A stretch of 64,000 nt of DNA from Chrysomallon squamiferum (lineage: Eukaryota; Animalia; Mollusca): positions 20,894,001 to 20,958,000 of the forward strand of contig CM022677.1 of assembly GCA_012295275.1 (NCBI GenBank). The letters run 5' to 3'. The notes below the pieces were generated by a model, which saw nothing but the letters and a program-made list of their open reading frames with translations, had not been told where the DNA came from and ran no database searches. Shown piece by piece: positions 1 through 23,932 of this stretch (positions are counted from its first letter, which is position 1; each line of letters opens with the position of its first letter). Made by a program: the position numbers and the translations under genes.

Positions 1-1
1 T

Positions 2-6708
<6,707 letters not shown>

Positions 6709-7624
6709 TAAAGGGAGCGTTCGATTCCTATGAGAAAACGACGATTACCAGTTTCATATAGATTTTGTTTTGTCTCTTCATGTGACCAGTTACTATGTAA
6801 GGTGCCTAAAGTCGGAAATGAGAAATATTGCTTTTTTTGTCTGCATATGACCGTTTACTATGTCAGACACAAAAAGCCTATTGAATACGTGATTGGCTTG
6901 TTTTTATCATATAATTAATTTATTTGAACATTTTTAGTGCAATTTAAGTAATTACCTTCTGATTCTAACGAGTATGGTTAGTTGCAAATGAATGTCATTC
7001 ATTATTTACAAAATGAAGCAGAAATCTCTTCTCTTCGCTTCGTGTTTGTCATTTTCGTTAGTGTTTTAATTTCACCCACACCACTGTATTATTGAATATC
7101 AACCATACATTGTTATTATAGCAATTAGTAATTTTATTATTTAACAGTGTCATTAAAATAGTTTGTTTGAATTGAAAATAATTTTAGTAATCAGTTCTGT
7201 GTTGTTTGTGTAAAACTCCTCTTCTGAGTTGAAAATGATAGTTTTTGTTATTTAAATATTTAATAACGTCATTAAAATAGTTGAAAATAATACTAGTAAT
7301 GTTTTAAGTCTTATTTATTTTTATTTTACATTGATATTGAAATGTGTTTAAAAATAGCGTTAGCAATTGTTTCTGTGATGTTGTTGTTGTTGTTGTTGTT
7401 GTTGTGGGGGGTTTTCTTGGAGGGAATGTTTGACTGTGTCACAAAAATAGTTCTTCTGAGTTGAAAATGATAGAAACGTTTTATTATTATTTGGTAGCAG
7501 CAGTCGTCCATTTAACACGCTGAATTTAACACGTTTGACTATAAATGCTGATTAGGGATGTTCATTCAAGATCGTGAACTGAAACATTAAATCAGAGCAA
7601 GCTTCTCAGACATGACGGAACATC

Positions 7625-8035
7625 AAAGTAGACTTATCTATTAAAATAAATGATTAAAAACCCCATTAAAATAGGTTTATCTGATAAAATAAATGATAAA
7701 AAACATTAAAAGAGGTTTATATGCTAAAACAAAAGATACAAAATTCAAGTAGGTTTATCTACTAAAATAAATTTTAAAAACCCCCATTAAAGTAGGTTTA
7801 TCTGTTAAAAGAAATGATAAAAACATTAAAGTAGGTTTATCTGCTAAAATAAATAATAAAAACATTAAAGTAGGTTTATCTACTAAAATAAATGATAATA
7901 AACCAATTAAAGTAGGTTTATCTGCTAAAATGAATGATAAAAAAACATTAAAGGAGGTTTATATGCTAGAAAATGAAGAAGTAGATTCATTTGGTTAAAA
8001 AATGATAAAGAAACGTCGATCTAGGTTTATCTGTC
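7625..8035. repeat. ~38-40-bp AT-rich minisatellite (aaagtaggtttatctgctaaaataaatgataaaaaacatt)
   Basis: About 10 diverged units; a longer counterpart lies at ~39205-39780. Confidence 0.85.
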
Positions 8036-8952
8036 TAATAACAAGAAGAAACATCAATCATGTTGCTTAATTTGGTATTTTATCTGTATTCGTTCTTATT
8101 AAATAATAAATTAATTAATTAATTAATTAAATAAGAAGTAAAACACTGAATTTACTTGCACTATAAAATACAAGCCACATTCTTAGATTATTCTTCTTTA
8201 TTTTCTTTTTCCCTTCTTCTTTTTCTTTTGGTAGATTCAACAGAATTTAAAATTATTTTTATTCTGACGACTCATTTTATTCAAAATAAAATTCAGTTTT
8301 GAAATAAAGCAGACGTTCTAAGACCATGTATGTTTATAGTTATTCAATTGTTTCATGTTATTATTTATTTATTTATTTATTTTGTTTCTTTGTTTGTTCG
8401 TTGGTGTGACATGCATCCAGAATTTAAATTTATTGGATGAAGGGAGATAATTCTTTTGCCTCAATTAGAATCAAAATCTTGGTAGTCTCGCATTCTAATT
8501 ACTTCCCTTGATTTGCAAAACTCAAACAGAGAATGAATATTTAATTATGGAGAAGTATTTAATTAATAAAAAATAAAAATTAAAATTAAAAAAAGCAACA
8601 TTTCTTTAAAATGTTTTCTTGGTTTCAGTTTTAAACTGTGTTTAATTAGGTCTAAATCGTTTATTTCGTTCATAACTTCTCACTACAGTTTTGATACTGT
8701 AATAATATGTCTAAGAACAGTCGAAAACTTACAGAAACACTCAGAAACACAGACACAAACCAACAAACACATATTCACATTCACATATATATATGATCTA
8801 AGAAGCTGTATCGTTAATTATGTTTAGGTACAGAGACAAACAGCAACACATTTCTTTAAAAATATTTTCTTAGCTTCACTTCTAAAACATTAAGAGTAAA
8901 TGTATTTCATACTGTGTCAGTACTTAAATGATCTTAATTTTCTATTTTTATC

Positions 8953-8990
<38 letters not shown>

Positions 8991-9119
8991 GTAACAGTAC
9001 TACTACTAATAATAGCAACAACAACAACAACAATAATAATAATAATAACATTTATTATTAGTAGTAGTATTGGTATTAGTATCATTACTACTACTACTAT
9101 TAGTGATAGATTTTAAAAA

Positions 9120-10890
<1,771 letters not shown>

Positions 10891-11887
10891 CAATATACGC
10901 ATACACATACACGCACCCACGCACGCTCGCATGCATGCATGCATGTAAGCATATATGTATATATATATATATTGTAATTTCTTCTTTTTTTCTCTTTTTC
11001 TTCTTCCTCCTATTATTATTATTATTATATAATTCTATTTTGATGTTAATTCAGGATGTATGTATTATAATATTCACCGCCACAGTGGTTCACCAAACAT
11101 CGTCTGATAGAGAGTTGAACAAAGGTTACTTTGTATATCTCAAAGATGGTATAGAGTTGACTTTGCACTAAGTAAATATACTTATCTCTAGATAATAAAA
11201 TTTCAAACAGCTAAGTAAACGGTAGTCTTCACAAAACAGATTAGAACTTCATACTATCATTTCTTTTTTTTTCTTTTTCTTTTCTTGTTTTTTGTTAATA
11301 CAACGTTAAACATACCTATGTTGCAGATAGATATTACGTATTTTAAACAGTGGTCATAGAATATTTCAGTCTGCAATATCGCAAATAATTATTGAAATAC
11401 AAATAAATATAAATAGATTAAACGAGGGATTACTGCTACTGCATTTTTAAATAATGAAAAATCTGATCATAAAGTAATTAGAATATAAAAGGCAATGACG
11501 TTTTTACGAATAACTGCTAAGAATAGTTGCAATAGTATTTGAAGTGAATGAGTAATCTTAATATTTAGCCGTACTGGCAGTAATACTAATAGTGTTATTA
11601 ATAGTAGTAGTAGAAGTAACATTAGTAGTAGCTGTATTAGTAGTAGTAGTAGTTGAAACATTAGCAGTAACAAGTGTAGCTACAGCAGAGAGTGTATCAA
11701 TACAACCAGTAGTAGTACAGCGTGTAGTGTACTAGTAGAAGATTTAGTAGAACTAGTAGCGTGCTAGTGTAGTAACTGTAGTGTAACAAATGGTAGATTT
11801 AATAATAGTAATAGTACTAGAACTAGTAGAAGTAGTTGAACCAGGTCATTATTTTATATGTTTTCTATTGAAATGAAATCAATGCAT

Positions 11888-11937
<50 letters not shown>

Positions 11938-12401
11938 TCTATTTGTACGTGACTAAAAGCACACCTTCATTTTGTATGGTGTTTGTTATTCGTATGGTTT
12001 ATTTATATATCTGTTATCTGTTAGCCGTCAGTTCATTGTTCAAGTTTGAGCAAGATCTATTTTTGGAGGGGAATGTATTAGCTGTGTCTGTTCTTCTATT
12101 AGCAGTGTCCTATGTATATAAGCGTTATAACATTTCATCGAATTTAATTTAGCATAAGAATGTAAATTTTTCACGACTTTTATTCTCGAAAAGAGAGATA
12201 ATTTATATCTGACTTTATAGGTAAAACAAAATATTATTTTTATAACTTAAAACAATTCGAAAATCGTTGTCTACGATAGAAAGATAGATACATAGATAGA
12301 GATTGATATATAGATAGGTAGAGAGAGAGACAGAGACAGAGTGAGAGACAGAAACAGAGCAAGTAAGAAAGAGAAAGGGGCAGAAATAGAGAGACAGAGA
12401 C

Positions 12402-12528
<127 letters not shown>

Positions 12529-12969
12529 AATTGGATACACCTTTTTTTAGGGTTAATTACGGAGTTATTAAAATAATGAATTAATTAAATGTGCATGCGT
12601 TTTAAATTATACTTCCAGTTTATCTATGTTTCTGACATTTCAATTTTTGATTTTTTACTTTTTTAATAAACGTGACACTTTAGAAATAAAAAATAAAATT
12701 GTATTTTCTTTCTTTATAGTATACCATTATACCGCCTAGTATGTGTTCTTGTATTAACTTGTATCTATGTATGTGTGTGTGTGTGTGTGCAGAAAAGCAC
12801 ATAGCTTAACCCCCTTCGTTGTTTGAACTGGTATGTTCCTCAGATTACGTGTCTTCTGTCAGAACTGTTTCTCCGAACAAAACCGTGAGAGGAAATCCAA
12901 ACTGCAGACGAGTACAGGAGAAATGCACAGAAGTTAAAATTTTCATTCGGTAACACAAAGGTAAGAACA

Positions 12970-13033
<64 letters not shown>

Positions 13034-13695
13034 ATTATTATTATTAATGTAGTTTTTGTTGTTCTTGTTCTTGCTGTTGTTCTTTTTCTTCTTCTTCTTT
13101 TTCTTTCTCGTCTTATTTAATATTGTAAGATTTTTTTAAAAATAAAATAAGCTTGTGTAGGTTGTTTTCTTAATTGAATTTCTGTATATAAATCCATGTT
13201 TGTTTTTCACACTGATTAGACGGGTAGGCTGTGACTCAGTGATTACACAAAGCTGTGTCACCGTTGTGTTATACGTTTTGTCCTTCTCAATGTCACTTTA
13301 CTGTAAGAACCAGATTTCTTACAATACTTTATCGAACGACGTGATATAAGGTTACGAAGAACACCTTTTTACGTAAAAGCATGTATTGTATTCTATTGTC
13401 TCAACTGCCTTACAATATAATATTACTATATGAATTGCGTTCGACCGAAATCAAATACTTTGATGTTATCGTTCAATAGCAATGTCATTCTTTCATTTTG
13501 AGACTTTTTTGAAACGTGATTCATAATTGCTATATTTAATACATGCACTTCTATGAAGCCTGATTTTTTTATTCAACAATTCCGAGTTAATCTGATCAAG
13601 GGTCGAGTTTCCAAATACAATGATTTTTTTTACTTAGTACCGAACAAACAGTTGTGCGAAATTGTCCTGCGGCAGTAACGACATGTTACGTTTTA

Positions 13696-13741
<46 letters not shown>

Positions 13742-14397
13742 TTAATACTATTTCACGTATTTTAAGATACATTAAATGATTAAACGAAGTATTTTCTCTG
13801 TACCCAATGTTACATTCGATACGCTTCAGTTCACGGTTAAGTTTACACAAGATATATTTTTGTCCACGAAGTATTTTATCTGTGTCAGTGACGCGGTTTT
13901 ACTGAATCACGCGATCGGGCTGATTATTGTCGTTTTACAGAACAGAGATAATATTTCATACCAGTCTCAGGTCACAGGCACGTTGACATACCGGTCTGTC
14001 TTAACCCACATTTGTTTACAACACATTTCCACTGAGAATTATATGAAAATCAAATACACACAGATAAAATTGTTCGCCAGTTTGTACTACTTTCTTCTCA
14101 TTCATCCATGGGTGGACCTATGAAGACTGTGAGGGTGTGGGTACGCACCCCGCCCAACCTCCCCTGGGTACAGGTCTAGGTCACTTCTCTCACTGAAATA
14201 CTTAATTCGATGCACTTTTGATATAACAAAATGTATGAATTGAAATATTTAATATTAGATAGTCTGAAACGTTTTCTTTCTTTATCACTGCAAACATTTT
14301 TCACATATTGAACTGTTCTTGTTATTAGTCTGTATTATGAAACAATTTCAAATTCTCAAAAGGGGAGAACGGGCAGCTAACTTAACACACAGACACA

Positions 14398-14436
<39 letters not shown>

Positions 14437-14976
14437 TTGTGAAACATTGTATAAATGTTCTGTTCACAAAATATCAAGGATGTTCTTTGCTATTAATACG
14501 TACAAACAACAACAAATAATAACTGATATTTCAAAAACATGATTATCAGTTTATACTGAATTTACGATACCCTTTAAAAATATCAGATGTCTTCAAAACG
14601 TGAATAGATGTGAAACTGGAAACCTCACTGGAAATCTTAGATTCGAGTTTTAAGTCCAGGTGTTAGAGATCAGGTTTCTTCTTTTGTGCAAAATAGAATG
14701 AAAGTTTTATAATGAATGCCTTTCGTAAGTAAGTTTGACATTTACATGTTTTCGTCTTCTTCTTCTTTTTTCCTGAGAGTGAAACCAACTTTATAACAAA
14801 CATATTTTTACATGTTTTTCTTTCTTTTTTTGAAGTTTTAACAAGAACAGAAATTTAATTATGAAACTAGTAGTATGACTTAGTAACATGAAGGAAATTT
14901 TATATTTCAGTATTATCATAAAAGTTATCACAAAAACAGAAACATAAACACAAAAACTAGACAAACAAATTCATAA

Positions 14977-15053
<77 letters not shown>

Positions 15054-15140
15054 TCTGTAGTTGAAATTAACCACAAATAAAACAAATGTCTGATTGTTAA
15101 GTGTTTCTATTCTATTATTGTGAAACGTCACTGGTTCAGT

Positions 15141-15258
15141 TCAGCTTGCAAGTTCAAACACTGGGTTGTCAAATGATGCAGTTTCTTCAGTTTCTTCTGA
15201 TACTGTTTCATTTGTTTTCTCAGGAAATGTTTCATAAGGAAGTTTCAGTTTCTCCGAC
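15141..15258 (-). other. Orphan terminal coding exon of a membrane-receptor cytoplasmic tail
   Basis: Acceptor tttcgttcacag|G (phase 2), then SEKLKLPYETFPEKTNETVSEETEETASFDNPVFELAS*, which contains YxxPhi and FDNPxF motifs. No partner exons were found in the window. Confidence 0.6.
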
Positions 15259-15920
15259 CTGTGAACGAAATTATAATTTACTTTCTTTTTAATATTTTAA
15301 TTTTTTGTTAATATTTCGAAACGTCTTCAAAATGTGACAAGATGTCAAACTGGAAACCTCACTAGAAATCTTAGACTTGAGTTTTAAGTCCAGGTGTCAG
15401 AGATCAGGTTTCTTATTTTCTCTATTGTGTACGTAGACGTTAGTTTGAGAAAAGGGACTGATTCACAATAGTCACAGAGGAGGGTGACAGGGCCGGTACT
15501 GAGATGTGTAGAAATTAATGGCAATAAACTAAAACAAACAAACAAAACACTTCCGACTTTTTTTTAGTTTCATACATATAAATATACAACAATAGTTGAA
15601 GAGACAGAAAAATCGCAGATAGCGAACAGTAACATTGGAAACATAAATGATAAAATATGCAAACAATTTCTTAGATAGGGAAATAATATTAATTAAACAG
15701 TTATTAAAATAACTTTACAAATGTTTTCCTGTTTATGATCGCGCGGGACGAACTATATCAATATCTTTCACACAAATAAATCAGTTTTACTTTAAACACG
15801 AATAATAATAATAAGAACAAGAATAATAATAATAAAGTCAGAGACACACGTTTTATTTAGTCAACTAATAAATTGTACAGGGTGTCCCATAAAATTCCAT
15901 ACATATGAAAAATAAATGTT

Positions 15921-15952
<32 letters not shown>

Positions 15953-16094
15953 TTTTGTTTAATTTTATTTTTTTATTATATAAAATATATAATACATAGA
16001 TAGCAAAACAAAAAAATATTTTTATTATTGTTGTTGTTGTTATTATTACTATTGTTATTATTACTACTATTATTATTATTATTACTATTATTTT

Positions 16095-16129
<35 letters not shown>

Positions 16130-16405
16130 TTATTATTATTATTATTATTATTATGTGCACTTGACTATATATGATGCGTTTGCTTCTACAAACCAGTTGC
16201 TCTGTCTGTTATTAATACAGGCTGTAAGATAGATTTTGAGTTAATAATTTTTTTCACTCGTATCTATGTTTGTTAATAAAACATAATCTTATCTTTATCT
16301 CCAATCGTGGTGTTTATTTATAAATCTTACAAACATATGACATTCGCCATTTTCTATTCATGTTTAAAAGACTACCACACCATGATGACATATTTAGTAA
16401 CAATA

Positions 16406-16453
<48 letters not shown>

Positions 16454-16665
16454 TACTGCCTTTGTTACAAAAACTGTGCTACCTAGTTGGTATTTATTTG
16501 AACAGTTATAAATAAAATTAACTATTTAAAAGTAAACAAATAAAAAGAAAGAATACACACATATATGCGCATGTATTCAGATCAACGGATATACATACAC
16601 ACATGGGTAGAAATATATTGTCCGTGTGTGTGACTGTGTGTGCCTGTGTCTGAATGTGTGTGTGT

Positions 16666-16771
<106 letters not shown>

Positions 16772-17377
16772 AATGCTAAATGATGAACTGATGAGATACC
16801 TTGATACCTTTTTGATCGTGAATAAAAGTCTAAAAATAAATTTCATTACATTTACGTTTGTTCTAATTATACTTCCAGTTTGCGTATTATTGTCATATTT
16901 TATTATTTTTAATATACATAATACTTAATAAATCGTATTTGCGTTCTGTCTAATTCACTAGTACAAACAGAAAATACAGATTTCACATGTGATGTTCAAT
17001 GTATTACTTCAAACCATATTATCCTGTTATTTTTATTTATTTATTTATTTTATTTTATTATTTTATTTTACTTTAGTGTTTGTTGTTGTTTTGTTTTGTC
17101 TTGTTATTGTATAACTAAAATAAATAATGATATTATCCATGTACCTACCTTATATCTGTGTGCATTTTATTGCACATGTGCATGTGTGTGTCTGTTTGTG
17201 TGTATTTGTGTCTATATAATGCATCTATAAATACATTTTTCTTTTCATTTTTTCATTTATTTGATTTTTAAATAGAAAACCGAATAATATTTGCCATTCT
17301 TTATTCCTGTTTATTTTCTCAAAAGAAAGAAATGTGTTATAGATGACTTGTAAGCTTACACCCCTTGTTTATTTCAG

Positions 17378-17516
17378 TTGGTATCTTCCTGTCACTGAGT
17401 GTCGTCTGTCAAAACCGGATTCTGCGCACAAACAACTTGAGTCACAAATCAAGATTGCAGACGAATACAAAAGAAAAGATTTCCAGGTGTTAAATTTTCC
17501 CTTTCCTAACAAAAAG
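17378..17516 (+). other. Exon-like cassette (best-preserved of 7 copies)
   Basis: tttcag| 139 nt |gtaaga, with one open frame WYLPVTECRLSKPDSAHKQLESQIKIADEYKRKDFQVLNFPFPNKK. Other copies: 12793-12960, 18730-18880, 22531-22669, 24309-24446, 44165-44332, 62562-62693. Confidence 0.55.
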
Positions 17517-17532
17517 GTAAGACATATTATTA

Positions 17533-17600
<68 letters not shown>

Positions 17601-17985
17601 TAAGATATTTTAAAATAAAACTTCGTTATTTAAGTTATGCTCTTAACAGAATTTCTGTACATACTTTTATGGGTGCTTTACGCACTGGTTAAAGTGGACA
17701 GGTGTGGCTCAGAGGTTAGGTGAAAGAAGTTTCTGACTATGGGCTATAGCGTTTTTCTTTCCTAAAATCAAATTCGCGATTATTTGGTTATTGAGAAAAG
17801 GTACCCGTTCAATGTCGTCATTTTTTTTTTTTTTTTTTTTTTATTTAACTAATGATATTTATGTCCTGTATAAAACATTGTGGCAAGATCATAAAGAAAT
17901 AGAAAAAAATTATCTATAACGTTTTTCTACTTCGTTTTTAGTTCTGTCATATATTATTAATGATAGAATTACTAGTTTTACTTTT

Positions 17986-18041
<56 letters not shown>

Positions 18042-18921
18042 CATTATTATTAGTAGTATTATTATTAATGTACTTTTAGTTGTTCTTGTTGTTGTTTTTT
18101 TTTTCTTTCTCTTCTTCTTCTGTTTTCTTGTTCGGCTTATTTATTATTGTAAGATTTTTTCAAAAATCAAATAAGCTAGCTTAGTTTGTTTTCTGAAGTG
18201 AATTTCTGTATATAAATCCGTATTTCTTTTTCACACTGATTAGACGGGTAGGCTGTGACTCAGTGATTACACAACGCTGTGTCATCGTTGGGTTATACGT
18301 TTTATCCTTCTCAATGTCACTTTACTGTAACCACCAGATTTCATACAATACTTTATCAAACGACCTGATATGGGGTTATTATTATTATTTGTATTATTTA
18401 CCTGACTAAAAGCACTCGTTCATTTTGTATTGTGTTTGTTATTGGTACGGTTTATTTATATATCTGTTATCAAGACATGTTAGTCGCCAGTTCATTGTTC
18501 AAGTTTGAATAAGATCTATGTTTGGATCGGAATGTATTAGCTGTGTCTGTTCTTCAATTAGCAGTGTCCTATGTATACAAGCGTTATAACATTTCATCGA
18601 ATTTAATTTAGCATAAGAATGTACATTTTTCACGATTTGTATTCTCGAAAAGAGAGATAATTTATGTCTGATTTTGTAACTAAAACAAAAGTTATTTTAT
18701 AATATGTGTGTATTTGTGTGTTTGTGCAGAAAAGTACAGAGCTTAAACCCCTTCGATGTTTGAATTGGTATGTTCCTCAGACTGCGTGTCGTCTGACCAC
18801 AGCCGTGATAGCAAATCGGAACTGCACACGAGTAGAGGAGAGACGACCAGTAGTTAAAAGTTTCATTTGTTAACACATAGGTAAGAACATTTTATTATTA
18901 TTGTTATGGTTATTATTATTA

Positions 18922-18998
<77 letters not shown>

Positions 18999-19154
18999 GT
19001 TGTTGTTGTTGTTATTTTATGTACCTGTTTATTCATATATCTACTGAAACTGACTTTCACTTCTGTTTCCTTTTAAACATGTGTACAAGTTGCAGTAGAA
19101 AAGTCATTTTGGATCTCAAATCTAAAGTGTTCGGAAATGTGTTATTCATTTTAA

Positions 19155-19189
<35 letters not shown>

Positions 19190-19411
19190 ATACACAAACA
19201 CAGAAACAAATCATTGATCTAGTACATTCATCAGGATAGAGTCTGAAATTTATTTAATTAATTAATCATTTAATTCCTTTCATTTACCATTATCGTGTTA
19301 CCTGAGATCAGGTTATGCCTTATTTTGAGGTCCAGTTGTAACTTTCATTTTATGCATTGTTCTTTGTTTATTTTCTCTTAATATTTAATTTTTATTTCAA
19401 TTCCGTTTGCG

Positions 19412-19508
<97 letters not shown>

Positions 19509-19557
19509 TTCTTCTTTGTATTCTCTGTTACTCCTATTTTTATTATTGTTATTGTTT

Positions 19558-19592
<35 letters not shown>

Positions 19593-20247
19593 TTAATACT
19601 ATTTCACGTATTTTAAGATACATTAAATGATTAAACGAAGTATTTTCTCTGTACCCAATGTTACATTCGATACGCTTCAGTTCATTGTTAAGTTTACACA
19701 AGATATATTTTTGTCCACGAAGTATTTTATCTGTGTCAGTGACGCGGTTTTACTGAATCACGCGATTGCCAGATTATTGTCGTTTTACAGAAGAGAGATA
19801 ATATTTGATACCAGTGTCACGTCACAGGCACGTTGACATACGCGTCTGTCTTAACCCACATTTGTTTACAACACATTTCCACTGAGCATTAGATGAAAAT
19901 CAAATACACACAGATAAAATTGTCAGCCAGTTTGTACTACTTTCTTCTCATTCATCCATGGTTGAACCTAGAAGACTGCGAGGGTGTGGGTACGCACCCC
20001 TCCCAACCTCCCCTGGGTACAGGCCTAGGTCCTTTCTCTCACTGAAATATTTAAATCGAGGCACTTTTGATATAACTAAATGTATGAATTGAAATATTTA
20101 ATATTAGATACTCTGAAACGTTTTCTTTCTTTATCACTGTAAACATTTTTCACTTATTGAACTGTTTGTTATTCTCTATTACGAAACAATTTCACATTCT
20201 CAAAAGGGGAGAACGGGCAGCTAACTTAACACACACACACAGACACA

Positions 20248-20339
<92 letters not shown>

Positions 20340-20347
20340 CATCATCA

Positions 20348-20403
<56 letters not shown>

Positions 20404-21296
20404 TTGTGAAACATTGTATAAATGTTCTGTTCACAAAATACCAAGGATGTTCTTTGCTATTAATACGTACAAACAACAACAAATAATAACTGATATTTCA
20501 AGAACGTGATTATCATTTTATACTGAATTTACGATACCCTTTAAAAATATCAGATGTCTTCAAAACGTGACTAGATGTCAAACTGGAAACCTCACTAGAA
20601 ATCTTAGACTTGAGTTTTAAGTCCAGGTGTAAGAGATCAGGTTTCTTCTTTTCTCTGTTGTTCACGTAGAAGTTAGTTTGAGAAAAGAGACTGATTCACA
20701 ATAGTCACAGAGGAGGGTGACAGGGCCGGTACTGAGATTTTTAGAAATTAATGGCAATAAACAAAAACAAACAAACAAAAAATTTCCGATTTTTTTTAGT
20801 TTCATACATATAAATATACAACAATAGTTGAAGAGACAGAAAAATCGACAGATATCGAACAGTAACATTGGAAACATAAATGATAAAATGTGCAAACAAT
20901 TTCTTAGATAGGAAAATGATATTAATTAAACAGTTATTAAAATAACTTTACAAATGTTTTCCTGTTTATGATCGCGCGGGACGAACTATATCAATATCTT
21001 TCACACAAATAAATCAGTTTTACTTTAAACACGAATAATAATAAGAAGAACAAGAATAATAATAATAAAGTCAGAGACACACGTTTTATTTAGTCAACTA
21101 ATAAATTGTACAGGGTGTCCCATAAAATTCCATATATAGGAAAAATAAACGTTTTATTTATTTATTTATTTATTTATTTAATTTATTTAATTTAATTTTT
21201 TTATTATATAAAATATATAATACATAGATAGCCAAAAAATATTATTTTTGTTATTGTTGTTGTTGTTATTATTACTATTGTTATTATTACTACTAC

Positions 21297-21349
<53 letters not shown>

Positions 21350-21609
21350 TTATTATTATTATGTGCATGTGACTGTATATGATGCGTTTACTTCTACAAA
21401 CCAGTTGCTCTGTCTGTTATTAATACAGGCTGTCAGATAGATTTTGAATTAATACTTTTTTTCACTCGTATCTATGTTTGTTAATAAAACATAATCTTAT
21501 CTTTATCTCCAATCGTGGTGTTTATTTATAAATCTTACAAACATATGACATTCGCCATTTTCTATTCATGTTTAAAAGACTACAACACCATGATGATATA
21601 TTTAGTAAC

Positions 21610-21649
<40 letters not shown>

Positions 21650-21840
21650 TACTGCCTTTGTTACCAAAACTGTGCTACCTGGTTTGTATTTATTTTAACA
21701 GTTATAAATCAAATTAACTATTTAAAAGTAAACAAATAAAAAGAAAGAATACACACATATATGCGCATGTATTCAGATAAACGCATATACATACACACAT
21801 GGGTAGACATATATTGTCCGTGAGTGTGGCTGTGTGTGCC

Positions 21841-21926
<86 letters not shown>

Positions 21927-22677
21927 CAATGCTAAATGATGAACTCATGAGATACCTTGATACCTTTTAGATCGTGAATTAAAGTCTAAAAATAAATTTC
22001 ATTACATTTACGTTTGTTATAATTATACTTCCAGTTTGCATATTATTATCATATTTTATTATTTTTAATAAGCATAACACTTAATAAATTATATTTGCGT
22101 TCTGTCTAATTCACTAGTACAAACAGAAAATACAGATTTCACATTTGATGTTCAGTGTATTACTTGAAACCATATTATCCTGTTATTTTTATTTATTTAT
22201 TTATTTTATTTTATTATTTTATTTTACTTTAGTCTTTGTTGTTTTGTTTTGTCTTGTTATTTTATAACTAAAATAAATAATGATATTATCCATATACCTA
22301 CCCTATATTTGTGTGCATTTTATTGCACATGTGCATGTGTGTGTCTGTTTGTGTGTATTTGTGTCTATATAATGCATCTATAAATACATTTTTCTTTTCA
22401 TTTTTTCATTTATTTGATTTTTAAATAGAAAACTGAATAATATTTGCCATTCTTTATTAATGATTATTTTTTCAAAAGAAAGAAATGTCTTGTAGATGAC
22501 TTGTAAGCTTACACCCCTTCTTTGTTTCAGTTGGTATCTTCCACTCACTGAGTGTCGTCTGTCCAAACCGGATTCTCCGCACAAACAACTTCAGTAACAA
22601 ATCGAGATTGCAGACGAATACAAAAGAAAAGATTTCCACGTGTTAAATTTTCCCTTTCCTAACAAAAAGGTAAGACA

Positions 22678-22744
<67 letters not shown>

Positions 22745-23870
22745 TAAGATATTTTAAAATAAAACTTCGTTATTTAAGTTATGCTCTTTACAGAATTTCT
22801 CTACATACATTTACGGGTGATTTAGGCACTGGTTAAAGTGGACAGGTGTGGCTCAGAGGTTAGGTGAAAGAAGTTTCTGACTATGGGCTGTAGCGTTTTT
22901 CTTTCCTAAAATCAATTTCGCGATTATTTGGTTATTGAGAAAAGGTACCCGTTGAATGTTCTTTTTGATTATTTTTTTTTTTTTTATTTTTTTTTTTATT
23001 ATTTTTTTTTTTTCCATTTCTTTCATATTCTCTAACGTCTTAAGCGATCTGTACTGAATCTGGAAAATATTTTGTCCTTCTTATTCAGTAGAAATAAAAT
23101 TTGTTTTCTGTGAATGTTGTGAAACGTAAACTGGTAATTATTACACTGAATGCATGTACCTACATGAATCTGACGTTCTATTCTACAGTTAGACTGAAGA
23201 AAGGTCTGCTTACAAAAGTATGCGGGGTGTGTTACTATGAGAAATTGCCTTCCTGCAATCATGATTTGGCAAATTGTTAATGTTTATTATCATTATTAAT
23301 TTTCATTCTATTGTTTTTTATTTTTATTATCATTATTATTTTTCATTCTATTGTTTTTTATTTTTATTATCATTATTATTTTTCATTCTATTTTTATTTT
23401 ATTTTTATTATCATTATTATTTTTCATTCTATTTTTATTTTTTTTTTATTTTTACTTTATTTATTTATTTATTTATTATTTTTTTTTCAAAACTCTGTTT
23501 AATATATTTATTGAGACTGATTTTCATTTTTTCTTACTCATTTTTTTTTTAAATTTATTTCCATTTCGCTTCGACAAAATTCACCTGCCCGTTCTGCACG
23601 CAAAATATTCAAATACTTGAACATGAGCAGATCAGTTTCCTATAAACTTTGCATTAATGGATTCTATTACTGACAGGCAATGTTCAGAGATTTGTGAGTC
23701 AGCAGTGTTGTGTTTAGATACAGTGATTATTTAACTAACAATGTTAATGTCCTGTAGCAAACATCGTGGCAAGCTCATATAGATATAGAAAACAATTATC
23801 TATAACGTTTTTTACTTCGTTTTTAGTTCTGTCATATATTATTAATGACAGAATTACTAGTTTTACTTTT

Positions 23871-23932
<62 letters not shown>

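Noticed and set aside
13880-13930. pre-miRNA or snoRNA hairpins in the repeated modules
   Set aside because: The stems I could see are short and imperfect, with no C/D or H/ACA boxes identified; folding and small-RNA data would be needed.
15877-15900. tacagggtgtccc, resembling a Tc1/mariner TIR end (also at ~21108)
   Set aside because: Only ~13 bp with no matching opposite terminus found.
23189-23280. Possible Cys-containing terminal exon (RLKKGLLTKVCGVCYYEKLPSCNHDLANC*) after ctacag
   Set aside because: No recognisable domain and no compatible upstream exon; could be chance.
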